Notes: generated by a model not told the origin, from the letters alone. A stretch of DNA of 64,000 bases, filler included, from an uncultured Methanosarcinales archaeon (GCA_964604995.1; 4 parts of 4 records of this genome joined end to end with filler, not necessarily neighbours in it), one strand, 5' to 3'; shown: positions 51,372 to 61,717, counted from the first letter of the whole stretch. Numbers and translations are program-made.

Positions 51372-52613
51372 ATGTTTAATTCCTCAAAATTAAAAGAAAT
51401 TAGAAATGATTTTCCAATATTATCTAGAAAAATAAATGGAAAACCCTTAGTTTACTTAGACAATGCAGCAACAACACAAAAACCAAATAAAGTAATTGAG
51501 TCAATTCAAAATTATTATTCAAAACACAATGCAAATGTTCATCGGTCCATACATAAGCTTAGTGAAGAAGCAACAAAAATTTATGAAACATCTCATGAAA
51601 AAACATCCAATTTCATAGGTTCAAAAAAAGAAGAAATCATCTTCACAAAAAACACTACTGAGAGTATAAATTTAGTTATGTATTCTTGGGGCATGAAAAA
51701 TATCAATAAAGGAGATGAAATTGTTCTAAGTCAAATGGAGCATCATTCAAATCTAGTTCCGTGGCAGCAATTAGCAATTACAAAAAATGCAAAATTAAAG
51801 TTTTTAGAGATAGATAAAACAACTGGTGAATTATTACCAAATGAAGCAGAGAAAAAAATAACAAAGAAAACCAAATTAGTTGCAATCTGTCATATGTCAA
51901 ATGTTTTAGGAACAATAAACCCAGTTGAAAATATTACTAAAATTGCACACGATAGTAACTCTTTAGTTTTAATAGATGCAGCTCAAAGTGTACCACACTT
52001 TAAAGTAGATGTTAAAAAAATTGATTGTGATTTTTTAGCATTTTCAGCACATAAAATGCTTGGTCCAACAGGTATTGGTATTTTATATGCAAAAAAAAGT
52101 ATATTAGAACAAATGCCACCATTTCTTTTTGGAGGAGATATGATAAGTTTTGTATCCTATGAAAACGCAAAATGGAATGATTTACCTTGGAAATTTGAAG
52201 CAGGAACACCCAATATAGCTGGAGCTGCAGGACTATCTTTTGCAGTAGATTACTTAAATAAAATAGGGATGGAAAACATTTATTCTCATGAAATCGAACT
52301 CACAAAATATGCTCTTGAAAAATTACAAGACTTGCCAAAAATTACAATTTATGGAAATTCTAATGTTAAAAATAATAAACGAGGAGGGGTAATCTCTTTT
52401 AATTTAGCAGATATCCATCCGCATGATTTATCAACTCTTCTTGATAAGGGTGGCATTGCTATTAGGGGTGGTTATCATTGCGCAATGCCACTAATTAAAC
52501 TTCTTGGCATAAATGCAACATCAAGAGCAAGTTTTTATCTTTACAATACTAAAGAAGAAATTGATATCATGATTGAATCATTAAAAAAAGCCGCAAAAAT
52601 CTTTAGGGTATAA
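51372..52613 (+). CDS. sufS: cysteine desulfurase SufS
   Basis: YLDNAATTQKP, EHHSN, FSAHKMLGPTG, RGGYHCA. Confidence 0.95.
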   Translation: MFNSSKLKEIRNDFPILSRKINGKPLVYLDNAATTQKPNKVIESIQNYYSKHNANVHRSIHKLSEEATKIYETSHEKTSNFIGSKKEEIIFTKNTTESINLVMYSWGMKNINKGDEIVLSQMEHHSNLVPWQQLAITKNAKLKFLEIDKTTGELLPNEAEKKITKKTKLVAICHMSNVLGTINPVENITKIAHDSNSLVLIDAAQSVPHFKVDVKKIDCDFLAFSAHKMLGPTGIGILYAKKSILEQMPPFLFGGDMISFVSYENAKWNDLPWKFEAGTPNIAGAAGLSFAVDYLNKIGMENIYSHEIELTKYALEKLQDLPKITIYGNSNVKNNKRGGVISFNLADIHPHDLSTLLDKGGIAIRGGYHCAMPLIKLLGINATSRASFYLYNTKEEIDIMIESLKKAAKIFRV

Positions 52614-52648
52614 TTAAAAAATAATCTAAAATTATTTCGACAAACAAA

Positions 52649-53134
52649 ATGAAAAAAATCAATAAAAATAAGGAAGATGAAAATCAAGACTTAGATTATA
52701 ATGACCCTATTTATAGAGAAAATATTTTGGATCACTATAGAAATCCTAGGAATTTTGGAGAATTAAAAACATTTTCAGCTTCATTCCATGCAGAAAACAC
52801 TGTATGTGGTGATGAATTAAATATTGAATTATTAATTATTAATGAAAAAATAAAAGATGCAAAATTTATAGGCAAAGGCTGCGCTGTAAGTATGGCATCA
52901 GTTTCAATGCTTATAGAAAAAATCATAGGTGAAAAAATTATAAACGTAAAAAAATTAAGTAGTGATGAAATACTGCAAATGCTAGGAATTAATTTAAATC
53001 CAACTAGATTAAAATGTGCAATACTCTCATTAAAAACATTACAAGGTGCTATTCAAACTTACGAAAGTAATAACCTTAATAACATTAATAAGAATAATAA
53101 ACATAACACAAGTAACAAAAATAATAATCAATAA
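52649..53134 (+). CDS. sufU: SufU/IscU-type scaffold
   Basis: ILDHYRNPRNFG, CGD, GCAVS, RLKCA. Confidence 0.9.
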   Translation: MKKINKNKEDENQDLDYNDPIYRENILDHYRNPRNFGELKTFSASFHAENTVCGDELNIELLIINEKIKDAKFIGKGCAVSMASVSMLIEKIIGEKIINVKKLSSDEILQMLGINLNPTRLKCAILSLKTLQGAIQTYESNNLNNINKNNKHNTSNKNNNQ

Positions 53135-53167
53135 ATTATTTACAAACAATTTACAATGGTGATTAAT

Positions 53168-53914
53168 ATGGCAGAACTTGAAATTATTGATTTATGTGTA
53201 AAAATAAGCGGAAAAGAAATAATCAATGGTTTAAATCTAAAGATCAAATCTGGAGAAGTTGTAGCACTAATGGGTCCAAATGGTTCTGGAAAAAGTACAC
53301 TTGCATATGCTTTAATGGGGCATCCAAAATATGAAATAACTCACGGTAAACTCCTTTATAATGGGGAAGATATAACTCATCTTCCAGTTGATGAAAGGGC
53401 AAAAAAAGGATTATTTCTTTCATTTCAATATCCAGAAGAAATCCCTGGTGTTAGTCTTGCAAATTTTCTTAGAACTTCATACAACACTACACAAAGTGAA
53501 AAAATATCAGTAATGGATTTTATGAAACTTCTAAAAGAAAAAATGAAGATGCTCAAAATGGAAAATAGCTTTTCTTCTAGATATCTAAATGAAGGCTTTT
53601 CAGGAGGAGAAAAGAAAAAAGCAGAGATTTTACAAATGGCAGTTTTAAAACCACAAATCGCAATATTAGATGAAACCGATTCAGGTTTAGATATTGATGC
53701 ATTAAGAGTTGTAGCAGAAGGTGTCAATACAATTAAAACCCAAGAAGAAAATATGGGAGTTTTAATTATAACACACTACCAAAGATTATTAGATTATATT
53801 AAACCAGATAGTGTATATATCATGGTAAAAGGTAAAATTGTAAAACATGGTGGATACGAATTAGTTACAAAATTAGAAGAATTAGGCTATGATTGGTTAC
53901 ATGAAGAAGAATAA
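53168..53914 (+). CDS. sufC: Fe-S assembly ATPase SufC
   Basis: GPNGSGKS, FQYPEEIPGV, GFSGGEKK, DETDSGLD, ITHYQR. Confidence 0.95.
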   Translation: MAELEIIDLCVKISGKEIINGLNLKIKSGEVVALMGPNGSGKSTLAYALMGHPKYEITHGKLLYNGEDITHLPVDERAKKGLFLSFQYPEEIPGVSLANFLRTSYNTTQSEKISVMDFMKLLKEKMKMLKMENSFSSRYLNEGFSGGEKKKAEILQMAVLKPQIAILDETDSGLDIDALRVVAEGVNTIKTQEENMGVLIITHYQRLLDYIKPDSVYIMVKGKIVKHGGYELVTKLEELGYDWLHEEE

Positions 53915-53984
53915 TTTCAAATTATCATCTCATAAAAAAATATTTACAAAAGCATAAATTCATAGATTTAGAACACAATTAATT

Positions 53985-54452
53985 TTACACTTTTGTTTTT
54001 GCTTCACTTTCACTTATTTTATCAACAGTTTCAAACATACTTCTAAGTCCAAGTTCCAAACTTTCATCATCGCATATTCTTGAATGTACATGTGGAGATA
54101 TTATCCATTTTTTGTCTGTTTGAGAAAATGGATTTACAAAATACACATTAAAATTTTTGTATTTAGTCAGTTCTTTCCAATTATCAATCAATGCTTTAAA
54201 GCTCTGGTCTGAATTAAATGTCACAATGCTAAGATTTAATTCCGGGCTAGCACCTAATTCTTTTAATGCATCATAAAATGAATTTAAAAAGGGAATTGCA
54301 ATAATTCTTTGTTCTTTTGTTTTATGTTTAACAATAACTTCATTTTCACTATTAGGATTATCACTAATAGATACTACAGTTTTAGTCATTATATTCTTAT
54401 TTCTAACAAATTCTTTGGCCCAATTTTTTAGAAAATCAACAAATTTATCCAT
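53985..54452 (-). CDS. hypothetical protein
   Basis: 155-aa ORF with normal codon usage; no family recognised. Confidence 0.65.
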   Translation of the reverse strand: MDKFVDFLKNWAKEFVRNKNIMTKTVVSISDNPNSENEVIVKHKTKEQRIIAIPFLNSFYDALKELGASPELNLSIVTFNSDQSFKALIDNWKELTKYKNFNVYFVNPFSQTDKKWIISPHVHSRICDDESLELGLRSMFETVDKISESEAKTKV

Positions 54453-54469
54453 GTAAATCCTTTTTTCTT

Positions 54470-54859
54470 TTATTTTCTTTTGTGTTTAGGAGTTGCTTTT
54501 TTAATTTTACTATTTAATTTGTTTTTAGATGCCTTTGAAAGCGGAATAAAAAGTTCATCGTCTTGAATATATTTTAATCCAAGTTGCATTGCAACATATG
54601 CCTTTTGGAGTTCTTTTCCAAGATAAGCTGCATGATCCAATCTTGATATAGCTTTAATTTTAACTGCAGAAAAATAAATTTCTTGAGGGATTTTACCAGT
54701 TATCATATGTTTTATTTGATGCTTTCCCTTTTTTGGTAGCATCGGACAATATCCTGCTTCCAATCTTTTTAGTTTATCATTTATTCTAATCAAAAAATAT
54801 CCTTTTTTGTCCATTACCCAATCCTTGTAAGGGTGATAGCTTCCTTTGATTGTGCTCAT
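54470..54859 (-). CDS. DUF4346-like protein
   Basis: MDKKGYFLI...ISRLDHAAYLGKELQKAYVAMQLGLKYIQD. Confidence 0.8.
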   Translation of the reverse strand: MSTIKGSYHPYKDWVMDKKGYFLIRINDKLKRLEAGYCPMLPKKGKHQIKHMITGKIPQEIYFSAVKIKAISRLDHAAYLGKELQKAYVAMQLGLKYIQDDELFIPLSKASKNKLNSKIKKATPKHKRK

Positions 54860-55177
54860 TGTTAAAAAGAAGTAATTACACTATATAAATTTACCCTCAA
54901 ATTATCTCCCTATTATTTCCATTTCTTCTTAAGATTACCTGAAGTATGGTTAACTTTAAATTCTTGAAAGTAATGTTTTAGTTATGCAACAAGATTTATC
55001 AGAACTAAATAAACGTAAAAAGAAAAAAACAAGGGCAGTATACAAAGTTGGTGGGCATCTTAGAACTAACACAAAATAGAATCAAAACAAAAATACTCTA
55101 AAAGATATTTTATTCTTTAAATCTAATATCCTTCAAATCCAGTAACCTTTAAATAACAAACCCAATAAACATTTACT

Positions 55178-56680
55178 ATGAATGACTATGAATTAAATAA
55201 GATTGCGCAATCTTTGCACCCATTAGAGAGAAAATTACTCCCTTATGTAAAAAATGCAACATTTTCAGATTTAGCTAGATTATCTAATATTCCTGAGTCA
55301 GAAATATCAAGGCCATTACAATGGCTTCAAGAAAAAGGTTTAGTTATCATTTCGGAAACTTCCCTAGAAAATATTGAAATTGGGTCTAATGGTAAAATCT
55401 ATTTAGAAAAAGGTTTACCTGAAGAAAGGTTATTGCAAAACTTACAAACTCCAAAAAGCATGCAAGAACTTAAACAAGAATCTAAATTATCAGATGAAGA
55501 AATAAATATTTCACTTGGTATTCTTAGAAAAAAACAAGCAATTGAATTTATTGGTGGCAAGATTTCAAAATCAAAGAATCTTAACTTTCCAGAAATTGGA
55601 TTTCTAAAATTATTGCCTAAATCATCTGCAAATTTGAGTGCAGAAGAACAAGTTTTTTTCTTTGATCTGAAAAAAAGAAAAGACCTAATTAAAATCGAAA
55701 CTAAAAAATCATATTCTGTGCAGCTTACGGATTTAGGTAAAAAAATGCAGAAAGTAAGATTAAATGACATTATAGATAATCTAACCCCTGAAATTTTGGC
55801 AAGTGGTGCTTGGAATAATAAACTATTTAGAAGCTACGATATCAATGTTCCATCTAAAAAAATATTTGCAGGAAGAAGGCATTTTGTAAGAGAAGCAGTT
55901 GGTTATATAAAAAAAATATGGGTAGATATGGGTTTTAAGGAAATGAAAGGTAGTATGGTACAAACTTCATTTTGGAATTTTGATGCACTATTTACTGCAC
56001 AGTATCATCCTGTTAGAGAGATGCAAGATACCTTTTTTATCAAAGAGCCACAATTTGGGAAGCTTCCAGATCCTAAACTTGTGCAATCAGTAAAAGCAAT
56101 GCATGAACATGGGGGGGATATTGGATCAATCGGATGGCAATATAAATGGAGCGAATTAGAAACTAAAAAAAATGTTTTAAGAACACACACAACTCCACTT
56201 TCCGCTCATACAATCGCAAATCTAAAATCATCTGATTTACCTGGAAAATTCTTTTCAATTGGACAGGCATTTAGAAATGAAACTATGGATTGGAGTCATC
56301 TTTTTGAATTAACACAATCAGAAGGGATAGTAATTGACGAAAATGCAAATTTGAGGCATTTACTAGGTTATCTAAAAGAATTTTTTAAGAAAATGGGATA
56401 TGATAAAATTAGGGCAAGACCTGCATATTTTCCCTATACTGAACCAAGTGTTGAAATTGATGTTTATCACCCTATTCACAAAAAATGGATTGAACTCGGT
56501 GGAGCTGGGATATTTAGGCCTGAAGTAACAGTACCTTTAATTGGAAAAGATGTTCCAGTTTTAGCATGGGGTCTAGGTCCAGGTAGAATCCTTATGGGAT
56601 ACTACGGAATAACTGACATTCGCGATTTGCACAAGAATGATTTAAAACAGCTACGCGAGATAAAATATTGGTTAAAATAA
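55178..56680 (+). CDS. pheS: phenylalanine--tRNA ligase alpha (archaeal long form)
   Basis: FWNFDALF, EMQDTF, LRTHTT, FRNE, YFPYTEPS, GAGIFRPE. Confidence 0.95.
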   Translation: MNDYELNKIAQSLHPLERKLLPYVKNATFSDLARLSNIPESEISRPLQWLQEKGLVIISETSLENIEIGSNGKIYLEKGLPEERLLQNLQTPKSMQELKQESKLSDEEINISLGILRKKQAIEFIGGKISKSKNLNFPEIGFLKLLPKSSANLSAEEQVFFFDLKKRKDLIKIETKKSYSVQLTDLGKKMQKVRLNDIIDNLTPEILASGAWNNKLFRSYDINVPSKKIFAGRRHFVREAVGYIKKIWVDMGFKEMKGSMVQTSFWNFDALFTAQYHPVREMQDTFFIKEPQFGKLPDPKLVQSVKAMHEHGGDIGSIGWQYKWSELETKKNVLRTHTTPLSAHTIANLKSSDLPGKFFSIGQAFRNETMDWSHLFELTQSEGIVIDENANLRHLLGYLKEFFKKMGYDKIRARPAYFPYTEPSVEIDVYHPIHKKWIELGGAGIFRPEVTVPLIGKDVPVLAWGLGPGRILMGYYGITDIRDLHKNDLKQLREIKYWLK

Positions 56681-56785
56681 AATAAACGAATAAACTAAAT
56701 TATTGAATGAACCAAAATATTAAAGAAAAAAATATCCAAGAAAATACTATACGAACAACAAAATGGTAATAACAAAAGGATAAAA

Positions 56786-58477
56786 ATGCCAACAGTAACA
56801 CTAAATCGTAATGTAGTTGAAAAATTGCTAGGGAAACATCTAGAAGATGATTATTTGAAAGATAGGATTAGTCTTCTTGGTACAGATTTAGAAAAAGTTG
56901 ATGATAATGAAATAGTTGTTGAAATATTTCCAAATAGGCCAGATTTGCTATCTGAATATGGTTTTGCAAGAGCGCTTTCTACTTTCTTAAAAATATCTAA
57001 AGGGTTAAAACATTATTCTGTAAAATCATCTGGGGAAAAGGTTATTGTAAAAAAAGAAGTTAGTGAAATTAGGCCATATACAGTTTGTGCAATTATTAAA
57101 AATATAAAACTTGACGATGATAAAATAAAAGAATTAATCCAAATACAAGAAAAATTGCATATTACCTTTTGTAGGCAAAGAAAAAAAGCAGCAATTGGTA
57201 TTTATCCAATTGAAAAAATAAAATTCCCAATTACATATACTGCAAAAAATCCAGAGGATATAATATTTCAGCCTCTTGATACAACATCAAAAATGAATGC
57301 TAAAGAGATTATTGAAATTCATCCTGCTGGAAAAGCATATGGGCATCTTTTAAAAGATGCAAAAAATTTCCCAGTATTTATTGATTCAAATAACGAAGTA
57401 TTATCTATTCCACCAATAATAAATTCTGAAAAAACAGGAAGAGTCAATGAAACAACTAAATCTTTTTTTATTGAATGCTCAGGATTTGATTTAGTAATTT
57501 TAAATCAATTGTTAAATATATTAGTTACAACATTTGCAGATATGGGTGGTGAAATTTATTCAATTGATGTAGAATACGAATCAAATAAAACTGAATCAGA
57601 CAAAACTAAATCAGACAAAAAAACAATAATTACTCCTAATTTAAAACCTATTGAGATGAAGATAGATTATAATTATATAACCAAACTTCTAGGTTTAAAT
57701 TCTAATTCTAACCAAATCAATGATCTTCTTGAAATGATGGGATATGGAATTTATGAAAACAAAGCATTAGTGCCAGCATACCGAACTGATGTTTTACATA
57801 TGATTGATTTAGCTGAAGATGTAGCAATAGCATATGGGTATGAAAATTTTAAAGAAGAAATACCAAAAGTTGCAACAATAGCAAAAGAAGATAAATTTGA
57901 GCAATTTAAAAATAAAATTGCAACAATGATGGTAGGTTTAGGTTTACAAGAAGTAAACACTTACCATCTAACAAACAAAAAACAACAATGCGATTTAATG
58001 TGTTGTCAAATTAATATCGTTGAACTCGAAAATGCACTAACTGAAGATTACAACTGCTTAAGATCATGGATTATTCCTAATTTACTCGAAGTTTTGGGAA
58101 ATAACAAAACACGAGAATTTCCTCAGAAAATTTTTGATTTAGGTGTAATATTCAAAAAAGATCCAGAAACTGAAACAGGTATCGGTGAACAAACAAGACT
58201 TGCAATCCTAATTACACACGCCAAAGCTGATTTTTCAGAAGCCAAGGAACTTTTAGATTATTTGCTAAGGATGCTTGATTTAAAATATGAATTAAAAGTT
58301 GACGATCACCCCTCTTTTATTGCAGGTAGAGTCGGCAGAGTTTATGTTTCTGGAAAAAAAGTAGCATACATTGGTGAAATCCATCCAAAAATACTCAATA
58401 ATTTTAATATTGAAATGCCAGTTTGTGGATTTGAAATTAACATATCTGAAATTTTTTCTGTTCTAAATCAGAATTAA
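56786..58477 (+). CDS. pheT: phenylalanine--tRNA ligase beta
   Basis: PNRPDLLS, QEKLH, PPIINS, YRTDVLH..DLAEDVAIAYGY. Confidence 0.95.
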   Translation: MPTVTLNRNVVEKLLGKHLEDDYLKDRISLLGTDLEKVDDNEIVVEIFPNRPDLLSEYGFARALSTFLKISKGLKHYSVKSSGEKVIVKKEVSEIRPYTVCAIIKNIKLDDDKIKELIQIQEKLHITFCRQRKKAAIGIYPIEKIKFPITYTAKNPEDIIFQPLDTTSKMNAKEIIEIHPAGKAYGHLLKDAKNFPVFIDSNNEVLSIPPIINSEKTGRVNETTKSFFIECSGFDLVILNQLLNILVTTFADMGGEIYSIDVEYESNKTESDKTKSDKKTIITPNLKPIEMKIDYNYITKLLGLNSNSNQINDLLEMMGYGIYENKALVPAYRTDVLHMIDLAEDVAIAYGYENFKEEIPKVATIAKEDKFEQFKNKIATMMVGLGLQEVNTYHLTNKKQQCDLMCCQINIVELENALTEDYNCLRSWIIPNLLEVLGNNKTREFPQKIFDLGVIFKKDPETETGIGEQTRLAILITHAKADFSEAKELLDYLLRMLDLKYELKVDDHPSFIAGRVGRVYVSGKKVAYIGEIHPKILNNFNIEMPVCGFEINISEIFSVLNQN

Positions 58478-58573
58478 AGTAATAACTAGAAATTAATGCA
58501 CTTAATATTATTAGTTTTGCTAAAATACTTTAAAAATTATTACTCTCTATATTACTTTTATTATTATTGTTAT

Positions 58574-60181
58574 TTATTCATCTTTTCTATTTGCTTGCTT
58601 TTTTAGAATCATCTTTTGTTTTTTATGCTCTTCAGTTCCTTTTTCCATCTCTAAAAGCTCTTTTTCTTTTTGTTTTCTTTTTGAAAAGTCAACATTATGC
58701 AAAACTTCCTCAATTTCCATCATTCTTGTTTGTTTAGGTTCAATTAATTTTTCAGCATTTTCAATTAATTTTTTACCAACTTCAACACTTTTTTCTCCTG
58801 CATATTTTATAGAATAAATACCAATTGCAGTTTCAGCTGCAAGTTTTTGCATAGGTCTTATTGCAACAAGGTCAACAAAAAGCTTTTCGTCACTAGCAGC
58901 TTTAACTTCCCTTACCTCACGAAGCATTCTAATAAAATTTATAGATGCCAAAAGTCTTATTATTCCAGATATCAAAAATAATATTTGTACATTTGATAAA
59001 AATATCCAAGGGCTAATAAAAACATATGTTGCAAGTAATCCTCCAATTGTTGCACCTAAAAATATACCAATTCCCATAAGAAAATTATAATAAGAAATCA
59101 TTTTAGCTCTTCTTTCTCTTTCTACATTATCAAATATAAAATTACTTGAACTTATTTGAAAACCAGCCCAGACAAATCCAGTCCACATCTGAACTATGCA
59201 AATCCACCAAAAACCATAAGGTAAAAGCCAAAGAAGTGGGTTAAGAGGTATTAACCATCCAGTTATTGTAAGTATTTTTTTATTTCCAAAAATATCACTA
59301 TTCTTTCCCCAGTAATACATCGCACTGTATGTTACAATAACATTTAGTGCTATTGCAATTGTAAATTCAAGATAGCTAAATTGTAATGTACGAAACATAT
59401 AAACAATGAAAAATGGATTTGAAATATATACTGCAAAATTAATTATAAAAAGATATGCAGTAAATTTTCCAAATGGGGAGTATGGTAATTTAGATACAAA
59501 TTCTTTAAAACTAAGATTTTTTGTGTTTGTTGGTTCATAGGTTGGTTCATATATTTGTTTTAAAAAATAAGCTGAAATAAACCTAGCAATGCATGCCAAA
59601 AAAAATATTATTGCAAAACCAATAAATATTTTATCATCATGAAATCTCTCTAAAATAAAGCCGCCAGCAAGAAAAGATAAGAAAATGGTTATCCCAATTA
59701 TTTTGCTTCTTCTCCCAAAAAAACTTCCCCTTTGGTTGTCAGCAACTAAATCTCCCATCAAGCTGTTCCATGGTGGGGATATAAAATTTCCAAACAAATT
59801 ATAAAGTGCAACAAATATTATAAGTGCCAAAACAGCATTGTTTTTGAAAATAAAAGGTATTATTAAAGTTGGTAAAAATGTAAGTGCTTGCATTATTGCA
59901 GAAAATAATATCACTTTTTTTCTGCTTTTTAATTTATCAACTATTTTTGCTGACCAAAGTTGAAAACTACTGCCAATAAGATGTGATACAGACGACAAAA
60001 GCGCTATTTCAGTATTATTTGCTTTCAATGCAATGCCATATGCAGGAAAATAATTTTCACCAAAACCTACCATCGCAGAATAACCCATTCCATCTTTTAT
60101 AGAATAATCTAAACTTTTTTTCCTTTTATGTTTAATAATTTCTTTAACTTGCTCAGCTATAGGTTTTACTGTCATGTCCAA
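58574..60181 (-). CDS. MFS transporter with charged C-terminal extension
   Basis: About 12 TM helices, WNSLMGDLV...RGSFFG, SDIFGNK. Confidence 0.85.
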   Translation of the reverse strand: MDMTVKPIAEQVKEIIKHKRKKSLDYSIKDGMGYSAMVGFGENYFPAYGIALKANNTEIALLSSVSHLIGSSFQLWSAKIVDKLKSRKKVILFSAIMQALTFLPTLIIPFIFKNNAVLALIIFVALYNLFGNFISPPWNSLMGDLVADNQRGSFFGRRSKIIGITIFLSFLAGGFILERFHDDKIFIGFAIIFFLACIARFISAYFLKQIYEPTYEPTNTKNLSFKEFVSKLPYSPFGKFTAYLFIINFAVYISNPFFIVYMFRTLQFSYLEFTIAIALNVIVTYSAMYYWGKNSDIFGNKKILTITGWLIPLNPLLWLLPYGFWWICIVQMWTGFVWAGFQISSSNFIFDNVERERRAKMISYYNFLMGIGIFLGATIGGLLATYVFISPWIFLSNVQILFLISGIIRLLASINFIRMLREVREVKAASDEKLFVDLVAIRPMQKLAAETAIGIYSIKYAGEKSVEVGKKLIENAEKLIEPKQTRMMEIEEVLHNVDFSKRKQKEKELLEMEKGTEEHKKQKMILKKQANRKDE

Positions 60182-60355
60182 TTAGGGTAGCTAAAAGCCA
60201 TTATATTCTTTTCTATTGTTTAGAAATATTAAAGTAATTGGAGATATTTACACACATTTTAAAGAGAAATTTGTTAAAGATAGGATTTTACATATTCTCA
60301 AAGAAAAACATAACTTTCTCTTACAACAACAAGAATTACTTCACACAATCGTAGA

Positions 60356-60607
60356 TTATTTTTCATAAACATTCTTCCTATGACCTAAAAAAGTCACGCA
60401 GATTATTTCTTCTTTAATATCTATATCAGCAATAGCACGATAATTTCCTATCCTAATTTTATAATCATCTCTGTTAGAAAGTCTTTCATAGAAATGTAGA
60501 GGATTTGCTTCAGCGTCGGAAAGTTTTCGGATAATTCTTTGTCGAATATTATAAGGTAATCTCATAAGAAATTTCATAGCTTTATTGTCTAACCTTGTTT
60601 TGTACAT
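60356..60607 (-). CDS. RelE/ParE-family toxin
   Basis: KIRIGNYRAI, GHRKNVY. Confidence 0.9.
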   Translation of the reverse strand: MYKTRLDNKAMKFLMRLPYNIRQRIIRKLSDAEANPLHFYERLSNRDDYKIRIGNYRAIADIDIKEEIICVTFLGHRKNVYEK

Positions 60608-60848
60608 TAAATCCTAACCTTTTTTTAACATCTTCTAACGAAGTATAATGGCCTTTTTTCATTCTATCCCTAGCCTCTTCAATAGCTTTTACAGTCTTCT
60701 TGCTTAACTCAGGTTCAGTTTTGGCTTTTTTTGCAATGTATACCAATTTTTTTAAAACATCGTCATAGCTTTCATTCTTATACTCCCTAAAAAAATCAAG
60801 TTCCTGTTTCGTTTCCTGGTAAATTTTGATAGTTGTTGCTTCCATCAT
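60582..60848 (-). CDS. antitoxin (RHH-like N-terminus)
   Basis: TTIKI...ESYDDVLKKL, C-terminal SLEDVKKRLG; overlaps the toxin start. Confidence 0.82.
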   Translation of the reverse strand: MMEATTIKIYQETKQELDFFREYKNESYDDVLKKLVYIAKKAKTEPELSKKTVKAIEEARDRMKKGHYTSLEDVKKRLGFNVQNKVRQ

Positions 60849-60871
60849 ACTTTAGTATACTTAGGTATACT
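60846..60871. promoter_or_regulatory. putative toxin-antitoxin operator
   Basis: CATACT-TTA-GTATACT-TAG-GTATACT; GTATAC palindromes 10 bp apart immediately upstream of the antitoxin ATG. Confidence 0.6.
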
Positions 60872-60997
60872 TAAATTTTTCTATTTTTTTATACTAATTA
60901 TTTAACAATTTAATTTTTAAAACTTACTTGTAAAAATTTGAAAGAAAAACGAATAAATCGTTTTTGACGATTTAATAAAAATTAATAAAAAAGAAAT

Positions 60998-61378
60998 CTA
61001 ATTCTTTGCTGTTTTCTTCTCAGATTTCTTTTTCTCTTTTGGTTTGCTCTCTTCTTTAGGAGTAGCATCTTTTTGAGAAGTTTTTGTAGTTTTACCATGT
61101 CTTATTTTTATTGGCTTTTGTTTTTGTTCTTTAGAAGCCTTCTTCTCAGTTACCTTTATACCAATTGAATCTAATACTTTAACAACTTCATCATGGCTTG
61201 CGCCTTTTTTAATTTTTAAGACACTTTCCATTGGCTCTAAATGCATTATATTACATTTTCTTCTTCTTGTTTGTCCATCAATTAAAACAAATCTGTTATC
61301 AAGAATATCAACAACAAGGCATTTTCCTTGTGCATCTCTTCCAGCTATTTTTACACATAATCTTCCTACTTCAAACAT
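60998..61378 (-). CDS. rpl14e: 50S ribosomal protein L14e
   Basis: EVGRLCVKIAGRDA, RRRKCNIMHLEP. Confidence 0.93.
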   Translation of the reverse strand: MFEVGRLCVKIAGRDAQGKCLVVDILDNRFVLIDGQTRRRKCNIMHLEPMESVLKIKKGASHDEVVKVLDSIGIKVTEKKASKEQKQKPIKIRHGKTTKTSQKDATPKEESKPKEKKKSEKKTAKN

Positions 61379-61470
61379 TTTAATTACCTCCGATATCCAT
61401 CAAATCCCTGCTGTCGCCAAACAGTTCACATTTGAGGTTTCTTTATTCTTAAAATAAGCATGAAAAATAT

Positions 61471-61716
61471 TTAGGCGCGTGCTTTTTTGATTATTTCTCT
61501 TCTCATACAAGCACTACATAGTGTTCCTGCATATGGTCTTGCTGGTTTTTTGCTACTCTTAGACATATTTTGCATTTTAATAGGTCTTTGTCTAGCAGTT
61601 CCAGAAAGAGGAGTTTTACATTTAGCACAATGTGGCTTTTTAGGTTTCTTCTCGACGAAATGTATTACTTTTCTTCCGCCAGGAGTCTTTCTAGCTACAT
61701 GCCTTAAGCTTCTGCT
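61471..61716 (-). CDS. rpl34e: 50S ribosomal protein L34e (5' truncated; not in ORF track)
   Basis: SRSLRHVARKTPGGRKVIH...CAKC...RPYAGTLCSACMR. Confidence 0.92.
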   Translation of the reverse strand, partial: SRSLRHVARKTPGGRKVIHFVEKKPKKPHCAKCKTPLSGTARQRPIKMQNMSKSSKKPARPYAGTLCSACMRREIIKKARA

Positions 61717-61717
61717 T

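Noticed and set aside
55996..56012. PheS AQYHP instead of the more usual QDHP
   Set aside because: Single substitution at a position that varies among PheRS; it cannot be interpreted.
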